Source: an uncultured Methanosarcinales archaeon (GTDB lineage: Archaea; Nanobdellota; Nanobdellia; Woesearchaeales; GW2011-AR9). Taken from it: 64,000 nt of DNA. Numbering within the stretch: the first letter of the stretch is position 1; every line of letters starts with the position of its first letter. Positions 56,620-64,000 of the stretch are shown one piece after another. The translations under genes and the position numbers were made by a program. The stretch covers positions 128,001 through 192,000 of the forward strand of contig CAYFMJ010000001.1 in NCBI GenBank assembly GCA_964344235.1. Reading direction: 5' to 3'. Below the pieces are notes generated by a model. The model did no database searches. It was not told where the DNA came from and saw nothing but the letters and a program-made list of their open reading frames with translations.

Positions 56620-58356
56620 TTATGCTTCGTTTCGTTTGCGCTTTTTATCTTTCTGGCGATGTTTTCGATGATGGTGGCGTAAGAATTTCTCCATTAAATG
56701 TTTGTGCATGACGCTTTCAATAATTAAGATAATGACAAAGAGAACGACCGCATATCCTAACAGGTAACTGAGGTTGACCCAGACATCCACTAATGATGCT
56801 TTGAAAATGAATACTTCTCTAATGAGTGTTTCTGCGATCACGAAAGGATTGAATTTGACGATGTCTTGAACGAATGGAGCGATTCCTTCGAGTGGAAGAA
56901 TAACACCTGATAGGAACAGATGGATACTTCCAAGTGAAATAGAAGCGAGGATACCTGTTTCTTCCGATGAGAAGATATAGCCAACGGCCATTCCGAAGAA
57001 GATGAAGACGGATGAAGTGATGAATAAAATCAATGCAATCGCGGGGAATTGTGCAAGAGAATCTTGCAGGAAGAATAAAGAGATGCCGAGAATCACAGCA
57101 AGTTGGATTAGTGTAAGGATAATGTTGGTTAGGTAGACAGATGTAATGAACGTGACTTTGCGTACCGGGACAAAGAAGTTTCGTAAGAACGCAGGACTAT
57201 GTCGCTCCATGAGTACTAGAGTTGTTCCAAGTAGGAGTGAGGAGAACATAACAACGAGGATTAAGATTGCTGGGAAGAGATAGTTAAGGTAGGTACTCTC
57301 TTCACTTACTGTTTCGACTCTGGAGATTAAAGGAGCTGAGATTGTACTGGAGTCAGTTACTTTTTGTGATTCTAAATTTGCTTGGATGGTTTGTAGTGCA
57401 GCTTCCACAGCTGAGAGGTGGCCACTTGTTTCAGCGAGTGCAGCGTTAACTGCGTCGAGATTTTCGTTCGTTGTGCCGATTGCAGCGGAGGCTGCTGAAA
57501 GTTTTTCCCGTGTTTGGGTAAGGTCTTCTTTAAGACTGCCAATTAAACTTCCTACGCTATCTGTGCCGTTTCCACTCAAAGTGTCAAGAACGCCATCAAG
57601 TTTACTGTTGGCATCGTTTAAGAGGTCTTTAATTTCTTTCTGTTGTTCTTTGTCATCAACAGCCGCGTTGATAGAACCGATTACAGTGTCAATCAGACCT
57701 TGGGCTTCTTCAACGTCTTCATCGATGTTGTCAACGACTGAAGTGTTATAGTCTTCGCCTGATGTTGAAGTGTCAACGCTGGCAAGTGTGGTTTGTGAAG
57801 AAGAAGTTGCATCTGTTGCTGCCGCTGCTTGTTCTTTTGCTGCGGTAATGTCTGCTTGCTTTTCAGCAATGGTGTTTTTAGTGTCAACAAGTTGTGTTAC
57901 GATATTGCCTGTTAATTCTTCGGAGATTTCTTGCGCTTTAATGTTGAATTTTTTTTGTACAGTGTCCTGAATGGAACCAACAATATTAACTCGGCTTGGG
58001 TCAACATGGAAGACAATTTCTTTTGGACTATTTTCTTCTATTGCAAAACTGCTGGGGAGCTCTACACATGTATTGACGGTGTTACTTTTAATGTGGTTGA
58101 CACAATCATCAATTGAATCGGCATATCTTGTAATGGTAAATTCTTCCTCTTCTAGTAACGTGATGAAGGACTCTACATCGTCGCTGAATTCTGGAGCATG
58201 TACACCAATATTAAGACTAAATTGCGAGGATGTGTTAAATGAAAGCCCTAATAGGAGAATGATTAACAACGGTGCGAAGATAACTATCAGTGCTGATCCT
58301 TTCGCTCGCACTAGTAAGCGGAGGTTTTTGATGGTCAATAACCAAAGTGATGCCAT
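56620..58356 (-). CDS. ABC-2 type permease with large extracellular coiled-coil insertion (YhgE/Pip-like architecture)
   Basis: N-terminal TM, about 250-aa Ala/Thr/Asp heptad region, C-terminal TM bundle with LSGVILPLE and NPFV. Confidence 0.85.
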   Translation of the reverse strand: MASLWLLTIKNLRLLVRAKGSALIVIFAPLLIILLLGLSFNTSSQFSLNIGVHAPEFSDDVESFITLLEEEEFTITRYADSIDDCVNHIKSNTVNTCVELPSSFAIEENSPKEIVFHVDPSRVNIVGSIQDTVQKKFNIKAQEISEELTGNIVTQLVDTKNTIAEKQADITAAKEQAAAATDATSSSQTTLASVDTSTSGEDYNTSVVDNIDEDVEEAQGLIDTVIGSINAAVDDKEQQKEIKDLLNDANSKLDGVLDTLSGNGTDSVGSLIGSLKEDLTQTREKLSAASAAIGTTNENLDAVNAALAETSGHLSAVEAALQTIQANLESQKVTDSSTISAPLISRVETVSEESTYLNYLFPAILILVVMFSSLLLGTTLVLMERHSPAFLRNFFVPVRKVTFITSVYLTNIILTLIQLAVILGISLFFLQDSLAQFPAIALILFITSSVFIFFGMAVGYIFSSEETGILASISLGSIHLFLSGVILPLEGIAPFVQDIVKFNPFVIAETLIREVFIFKASLVDVWVNLSYLLGYAVVLFVIILIIESVMHKHLMEKFLRHHHRKHRQKDKKRKRNEA

Positions 58357-58376
58357 TGTGATAGATGTTTTTTTGT

Positions 58377-59324
58377 TTATTTTTTTGCTAATACTATTTT
58401 TTCAAACACTTCGTTTAACGAAGGACGACGCATGTCCATTTCATGTAAATAGAGGTTCTCTTCTTTGATAATCGTGATAAGATCGGTGATGGTTTTTTCA
58501 ACATGTTTTGGGTAGACTACTAATTTTCTTCCTTTGTCCACAATTTTTTTAATAGGTAGTGTTTTAAGTCTCTCAATAAGATGCTCTTTTTCCTCTCCTG
58601 GATGAACATTAATGGTGATGTGGTCTTTGAAGAATGGTTTCTGCACTTCTTTCATCGCGCCACTGGTGTGAACTTGACCATTATGGACAATTGCTACCTT
58701 ATTACAGAGATGTTCAATACTGTCTAAATGGTGGGATGCGATAACAATGGAAATCCCCTGTTTGTTTACTTCTTTTAGTAAGTGAATGATTTCTTTCTGT
58801 AAAATTGGATCTAAATCGGCAGTTGGCTCGTCTAGTACAAGGATTTTTGGTTTGTGAATTAAGCTACAAGAAATATCAAGCCGCTTTTGCATTCCTCCTG
58901 AGAGGTTGTCTGCTAACATGTCTTTAAAATCAATTAAACGGGTGAAGTTAAGTAGGTTTTTGATGTTCGTTTTTAATCTGTCCATTGGGACTTTGTACAA
59001 TCTGCCGAAATGTAACAAGTTTTCTTCTACTGTTAATTTGTGATAGAATGAATTATGTTGCGGCGTGAAGCCAATGTGGCTTTTAATTTTGCTAAGGTGT
59101 TTGTGTAAATCTTTTGGTTCATCTGTTGGTTTCAATTTTACGTTAATGGTTCCGTCTGTTGGTTCGATGAATCCAGCGAAAAGATTGAGGAGTGTTGTTT
59201 TTCCACTACCTGATTGACCAATGATGCCAAGAATGTCGCCTTCGTTTAATGTGAGGTTAACGTTATCGAGAATCTTACGTTTACCGTACTCTTTCGTCAC
59301 CTCTTTTAAGTCCAGTAATTTCAC
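58377..59324 (-). CDS. ABC transporter ATP-binding protein
   Basis: GQSGSGKTT, LSGGMQKR, VLDEPT, SHH; GTG start. Confidence 0.95.
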   Translation of the reverse strand: MKLLDLKEVTKEYGKRKILDNVNLTLNEGDILGIIGQSGSGKTTLLNLFAGFIEPTDGTINVKLKPTDEPKDLHKHLSKIKSHIGFTPQHNSFYHKLTVEENLLHFGRLYKVPMDRLKTNIKNLLNFTRLIDFKDMLADNLSGGMQKRLDISCSLIHKPKILVLDEPTADLDPILQKEIIHLLKEVNKQGISIVIASHHLDSIEHLCNKVAIVHNGQVHTSGAMKEVQKPFFKDHITINVHPGEEKEHLIERLKTLPIKKIVDKGRKLVVYPKHVEKTITDLITIIKEENLYLHEMDMRRPSLNEVFEKIVLAKK

Positions 59325-59432
59325 GTCTTTTGTAAATCAGAAATAGTTTATAAATGTTTGGGGGTAATGGTGTTTCTATCTTTTGGCTTTAGTTCCTAAA
59401 TTCTTTTAAAGTTGTTCGCTCTTTCTTACCTC

Positions 59433-59848
59433 ATGAGAATTGGTGTTATTGGAAGTATGCAATTTACTGAAAAAATGCTTGAGGCCTGTGAAACGTTGAG
59501 GTCTTTTGGCCATGATGCGTTTGTTACAGACCTACATACTCCTTTTATTGGAAAATCGGATGAAGAAAAAGAAGAAATTAAACTTCATCAGAAGAACAAC
59601 ATGGATGCAATCAGGGAATTTTGGCATAAAATGCACAAGGTGCTGATGCAGTTCTTGTTCTGAATTATGATAAGCATGGCGTCCCAAACTATATTGGGGG
59701 TAACACTTTAATGGAGATTGGTTTTGCGCATGTTCTGAATCAGAAAATCTTTTTATTAAATCCAATACCGGACATTAGGTTCTATAAGACCGAAATTGAG
59801 GCAGTTAAGCCAGTGATCTTACATGGTGATTTATCTAAAATAGAATAA
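59433..59848 (+). pseudogene. Nucleoside 2-deoxyribosyltransferase-like Rossmann protein, frameshifted near 59634
   Basis: MRIGVIGSMQF...AIREFWHKM, then a shifted frame QGADAVLVLNYDKHGVPNYIGGNTLMEIGFAHVLNQKIFLLNPIP...GDLSKIE. Confidence 0.72.
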
Positions 59849-59896
59849 CGAACCTGATCACAATCTTTAAATAAGAAGGGTAGTAGGAGAGATAGA

Positions 59897-60778
59897 ATGA
59901 GTATCAAGCGTATCTATGAGACGAAGTATAAACTACTTCTGTGGATTCCGATTGTGTTAGTAGTACTTGCATTTGCACAAATTGGTATGCAGTATTCTCA
60001 GACGGGCGATTTTGTGAACAAAGGAATTAGCCTGAAAGGTGGTTCAACGTTTACGTTAGAAGAATTACCAGCAATGAGCGGGGAGGAGTTGGAGCTTTTG
60101 TTACAAGAGCAATTTCCCGGAGGAGATATTACTGTACGTAGTTTGAGTTCTGGAGGAAGTATTGTTGGGTTATCTGTTGATTCCGATGCGCAGGAACAGG
60201 CTGAGATTGATGTGGTGTTAAACGCGATTGTACAGCAAACAGGTATTGGTAAAGAAAAAATTAGTGTTGAAGTGACTGGTTCTTCATTGGGAGAGAATTT
60301 CTTCAAGCAAACGTTCTGGGCGTTGATTTTTGCTTTCTTACTGATGGGCTTTGTGGTTTCCATTTATTTCAGAAAATTGGTGCCAAGTTTGACGGTTGTT
60401 GCTTCAGCGTTCTCAGATATTGTGATCACATTGGCTATTTTTAATTTAACGAATATTCCGTTAAGCTCGGCAGGGGTTGCGGCTTTCTTAATGATTATTG
60501 GTTATAGTGTAGATACAGATATTTTATTGAATACTCGATTATTGAAACGTAAGGAAGGAACGCAAGTGGAGCGGGTGTATAGCTCTATGAAAACCGGGTT
60601 AACGATGACCGCTACAACATTAATGGCGGTTGTTGTGAGTATTATTTTTGTGCAGAGTGAAGTGATTAAACAAATTATGATTATTTTAGCAATTGGTTTG
60701 GTGGTTGATACGTTAATGACGTATATCTTTAACGTAGGAATATTACGATTATACTTGGAGAAGAAGAGGCGACGATGA
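59897..60778 (+). CDS. secF: Protein translocase subunit SecF
   Basis: GISLKGG, IGYSVDTDILL, archaeal SecF TM pattern. Confidence 0.95.
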   Translation: MSIKRIYETKYKLLLWIPIVLVVLAFAQIGMQYSQTGDFVNKGISLKGGSTFTLEELPAMSGEELELLLQEQFPGGDITVRSLSSGGSIVGLSVDSDAQEQAEIDVVLNAIVQQTGIGKEKISVEVTGSSLGENFFKQTFWALIFAFLLMGFVVSIYFRKLVPSLTVVASAFSDIVITLAIFNLTNIPLSSAGVAAFLMIIGYSVDTDILLNTRLLKRKEGTQVERVYSSMKTGLTMTATTLMAVVVSIIFVQSEVIKQIMIILAIGLVVDTLMTYIFNVGILRLYLEKKRRR

Positions 60779-62346
60779 CGTTGAAAGAAGTGTTTAAGAG
60801 TTGGAAAGTGATTTTGCTAGTTGCATTTCTGTTACTTTCTTTACTTACAATTAAACCGCAATTATTCGGTACGGATGGCGTGATGATTCAATCCGTTGCA
60901 GCCAATTCTTCTGCGGCAAATGGTGGTATGCAAACTCCACCTTCTTCACTGCCGCCATTAGCAAAGGAACGAATTATCTCGGTTGATGGGCAGGGTGTTA
61001 ATTCTGTTGATGAATATTATGCGGCCGTTACTGCGTTACAACCAGGTGAACCGGTGACTATTGAAACGAGTAACGGGATGATTTATTCGTTGCTTGCACG
61101 CGATGATGTTGATTTAGGAATTCGAGTAAAAGAAGCACCAACATCTAATCTACGAAAAGGGCTAGATTTAGCAGGTGGGACAAGAGTGTTACTGGCACCG
61201 GAGACGCAAATTTCCGAGGAAGATTTAGAGTTAGTTATTGGAAATTTACAACAGCGGCTTAATGTCTATGGTTTGGGGGATGTGACAGTACAAGCTGCAG
61301 CTGATTTGGCGGGAAACAGTTTTATTTTGGTTGAAATGGCGGGAGTTACTGAGGAAGAGGTTAAGCAGTTATTGGCAAGCCAGGGAAAGTTTGAAGCAAA
61401 GATTGGTAATGAGACTGTCTTTTATGGCGGGGATAAAGATGTTACGTATGTTTGTCGGAGTGCGGAATGTTCTGGATTAGACGCATCACGAGGGTGTGTC
61501 ACGGGAGAGGATGGACATTCTTCGTATTGCAGTTTCTTCTTTGCGATTACGTTAAGTCCTGAAGCAGCTGAGCGGCAGTCGGAAGCGACGAAGAATCTGG
61601 ACGTCTTACCGGATGGATATTTGAGTGAAGACATTACGCTATTCTTAGATGATGTTCAGGTAGATAGCCTACGAATCGGGCAAGATTTACAGGGAAGACC
61701 AGTGACAAACATCCAAATTTCTGGTTCTGGAAGTGGGCCAAATCAAGAAGCAGCGATTGATGATACGTTACAGAGTATGAAGCGATTGCAAACGATTTTA
61801 ATTACAGGAAGTTTACCTGTGAAGTTGGATATTGTAAAGCTTGATACGGTTTCTCCAACGCTTGGTCAAGAATTTTTGAATAACATCTGGTTTGTTGGGT
61901 TGTTGGTGATTATAGTAGTTAGTGTTGTTGTGTTTTTGAGGTATCGTAAAGTTAAAGTTAAAGTTATTGTGCCGATGGTTCTTACATTATTATCGGAATT
62001 AGTGCTGATTTTGGGATTTGCAGCACTCGTTGGTTGGAATTTAGATTTGGCGGGAATTGCTGGTATTTTGATTGTTGTAGGAACGGGAGTGGATCATTTG
62101 ATCGTTATTACGGATGAAACGTTGCGGGGAGAACATATTTCAAATTGGAAGACTAAAATTAAGAATGCGATGTTTATTGTGATGGGTGCATACTTTACCA
62201 CGTTTGCCGGTATGTTGCCGTTATTATGGGCAGGTGCAGGATTGTTGAAAGGGTTTGCGTTAACAACGATTGCGGGTATTTCGTTTGGTGTGTTAATTGC
62301 ACGGCCCGCATATGCAGTGATTATTGAGAAGTTGTTGAAGGATTAG
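60775..62346 (+). CDS. secD: Protein translocase subunit SecD with PDZ-like N-terminal insertion
   Basis: GLDLAGGTRV, RLNVYGLGDV, GSLPV, GTGVDH...I.DE, GFALTT. Confidence 0.95.
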   Translation: MTLKEVFKSWKVILLVAFLLLSLLTIKPQLFGTDGVMIQSVAANSSAANGGMQTPPSSLPPLAKERIISVDGQGVNSVDEYYAAVTALQPGEPVTIETSNGMIYSLLARDDVDLGIRVKEAPTSNLRKGLDLAGGTRVLLAPETQISEEDLELVIGNLQQRLNVYGLGDVTVQAAADLAGNSFILVEMAGVTEEEVKQLLASQGKFEAKIGNETVFYGGDKDVTYVCRSAECSGLDASRGCVTGEDGHSSYCSFFFAITLSPEAAERQSEATKNLDVLPDGYLSEDITLFLDDVQVDSLRIGQDLQGRPVTNIQISGSGSGPNQEAAIDDTLQSMKRLQTILITGSLPVKLDIVKLDTVSPTLGQEFLNNIWFVGLLVIIVVSVVVFLRYRKVKVKVIVPMVLTLLSELVLILGFAALVGWNLDLAGIAGILIVVGTGVDHLIVITDETLRGEHISNWKTKIKNAMFIVMGAYFTTFAGMLPLLWAGAGLLKGFALTTIAGISFGVLIARPAYAVIIEKLLKD

Positions 62347-62974
62347 TTCCATTTTCAACAATTATTACTTCGCCATCTCGTAGGGTTTTGAAGGGGATTT
62401 TGTGTTTCTTACAATACTCAACTTCTTTGTCAATGTCTGCAGACTCTGGGTGATTTGATTTGTAATGTGGTAAAATAATATAATCTAATATCTCTAAGCC
62501 GTCCCAAATTACGACTTTTAACCCTTCATAAGGCATGTCTGTTGCGTCGTCAACAATTTGAAGTGAATGTAGGTCTGGGGCAAGAACACAGATTCCTGCA
62601 CTATATCCCGAATAAAGAAAATCATCCCTGTTCTCTAAACTTTTAATAATTTCGTCAAAACCACTAAGTTTCATTGCTTGGCGCAATACAAAAGTGTTAC
62701 CCCCTCTCACGAAAACACCACCTAGTTGATCTAATTTTCTTTTTAATTTATCACTTTTGCCGAAATAATTCTGCAAATCAATTACCTCAACATCAAAACC
62801 AAGATCTCTTAACAGGTCGACTTCTTTCTTAATTGATAGTTCCCTTCGAGCAGGGTCTGCTCCAGAAAAATCTAAAGCGTTAGGGATATAACCAAGAATT
62901 TTGCCCGAGGGCATCATTTCCTTTAACTTGTCGACTTTTTCTCCAAGTTTGTATGATGATAAATAGAGTTTCAT
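62321..62974 (-). CDS. pepE: Peptidase E (S51) family
   Basis: VRGGNTF.L, nucleophile elbow GYSAG, ILPHY.S.H. Confidence 0.88.
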   Translation of the reverse strand: MKLYLSSYKLGEKVDKLKEMMPSGKILGYIPNALDFSGADPARRELSIKKEVDLLRDLGFDVEVIDLQNYFGKSDKLKRKLDQLGGVFVRGGNTFVLRQAMKLSGFDEIIKSLENRDDFLYSGYSAGICVLAPDLHSLQIVDDATDMPYEGLKVVIWDGLEILDYIILPHYKSNHPESADIDKEVEYCKKHKIPFKTLRDGEVIIVENGTNPSTTSQ

Positions 62975-62976
62975 CC

Positions 62977-63495
62977 TTAATGAACCAACGCTTTTCGCAT
63001 GTTTTTTCTGTAGCCAAATAATCTGCTAAAAACATAGGGGAGAATAAATGCTACCGCAAACACGATACCAACGATTAATGGATTGTGTGTTGGATTGGTC
63101 AGAGTTAATTCTTTAATGAAGTTGTTTGAAACAAAGACGACAATAACCATGTTAGTAATAGCAAGCACGGGAATAATAATGCTGGCAAGTACGTGGTGTT
63201 TTCGTTGTAAGTGACCGATGTCCATAATCAATAAGTTGTAAAGAAAACCTAAAGCTCCTGCAAGTAAAATAGTAATGCTGTAGAGAATGTATTGATTAAA
63301 GACAATAAGAAACGGAATTAAAATGAGGGAGAGAACGACGTTGCCAAAGATGATAACGATGAGAGCACTCCAAAAGACGATTTTAGAAAAATGAACATCT
63401 TGTTTCTCAGCTCGTTCTAATGAAGCTTCTGCTTCTCTAATTTCTTTTTCTGTCCAGCCTTTTTGTAGTAGTTCTCTTTTTTTTGCAAGATTCAT
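62977..63495 (-). CDS. Hypothetical membrane protein (4 TM)
   Basis: LL.KGW...EI N-terminus followed by four hydrophobic helices; coupled to the minD-like gene. Confidence 0.75.
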   Translation of the reverse strand: MNLAKKRELLQKGWTEKEIREAEASLERAEKQDVHFSKIVFWSALIVIIFGNVVLSLILIPFLIVFNQYILYSITILLAGALGFLYNLLIMDIGHLQRKHHVLASIIIPVLAITNMVIVVFVSNNFIKELTLTNPTHNPLIVGIVFAVAFILPYVFSRLFGYRKNMRKALVH

Positions 63496-64000
63496 TGTGG
63501 AAAGTCCATACTTAGGTGCTGTGCTACTCTGCCAAATTCACGTGCGGATCTGCAGCGAGGGTACTTGTAATTAAGGGGAAGTTGTTTGTGCAATGCTTTG
63601 CGCATTTTTTTATCAGAACGGATATTTGCGAGGATTGGGTGGCCAAGAATTTCTGCCACTTCCGCTTCTGATAATTCGTACCTGCCTTTGTTGGTCATGT
63701 TAAGAATAACTCCTGTGACTAACGTGTTATTGGTCCGTGCTAGCTCGATTGTTTTTAATGCGTCCATGACGGAGCTTAAAGTAGGGTTGGCAACGATAAT
63801 TGTTTCGTTACTGTGTTTCATGATTTGCTCTACCTCATATCCTAATCCACTTGGTGAGTCTATCAAAACGAAATCGGCCGTGTTGTTTAAGTGGTCAAAT
63901 ACTTTACTCAGGTTTTGTGAATTGGTTTTTTGAAATTCTGAGTATGAAGGGGAAGAGGGGATGATCGAAATACCACTCTCATGAAGATAAGTTATCTCTT
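63492..64000 (-). CDS. minD: MinD/ParA-family ATPase, 5' end outside window
   Basis: Frame open to the window edge: YLHESGISIIPSS...DFVLIDSPSGLG...IIVANPTLSSV.DA...GVILN. Confidence 0.85.
   Translation of the reverse strand, partial: EITYLHESGISIIPSSPSYSEFQKTNSQNLSKVFDHLNNTADFVLIDSPSGLGYEVEQIMKHSNETIIVANPTLSSVMDALKTIELARTNNTLVTGVILNMTNKGRYELSEAEVAEILGHPILANIRSDKKMRKALHKQLPLNYKYPRCRSAREFGRVAQHLSMDFPQ

Noticed and set aside
37530-59640. Programmed ribosomal frameshifting at the three broken genes
   Set aside because: No X-XXY-YYZ slippery heptamer was seen at the shift points; simple indels are more parsimonious.
1-64000. CRISPR array, tRNA, rRNA, transposase or integrase
   Set aside because: No regularly spaced repeat-spacer units, no cloverleaf or T-loop signature, and no DDE/Y1/tyrosine-recombinase motifs were seen by eye. 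tRNAscan and cmscan were not run.

Overview
Archaeal chromosomal window, most consistent with a DPANN (Woesearchaeota-like) genome. This is judged from Cdc6/Orc1, PolD DP1, MCM, TBP, histone, aRF1, RadA, RNase P proteins and leaderless TATA promoters; the taxonomy is inference. The left end is a replication cluster (DP1, cdc6, RPA2-like, mcm, tbp) around a 690-bp AT-rich gap with four ORB-like boxes, a probable oriC. Next come a SAMP-NcsA-E1 sulfur-relay operon and a convergent ThiI-like gene that has lost its PP-loop. The main accessory feature is a 23.5-kb co-oriented block (11022-34557) of 20 genes: giant Cys-rich acidic surface proteins plus about 17 proteins with type IV pilin-like (class III) N-termini, two of them micro-ORFs missed by the ORF track. 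No pilus ATPase, platform protein or prepilin peptidase is in the window. The block is punctuated by non-coding elements that fold better on the antisense strand, two of them copies of one 91-bp element. The right half is mostly housekeeping: RPA1, RadA, PEP synthase with a LAGLIDADG intein, PepA, TrxB, S2P, a Cys-free L40e, aIF5A, histone, aRF1, AK6, an ABC pair, SecF/SecD, PepE and MinD. It also holds a secreted protein resembling an outer-membrane beta-barrel and three single-frameshift genes. No tRNA, rRNA, CRISPR array or transposase was recognised. All calls are by eye, from motifs; no searches were run.
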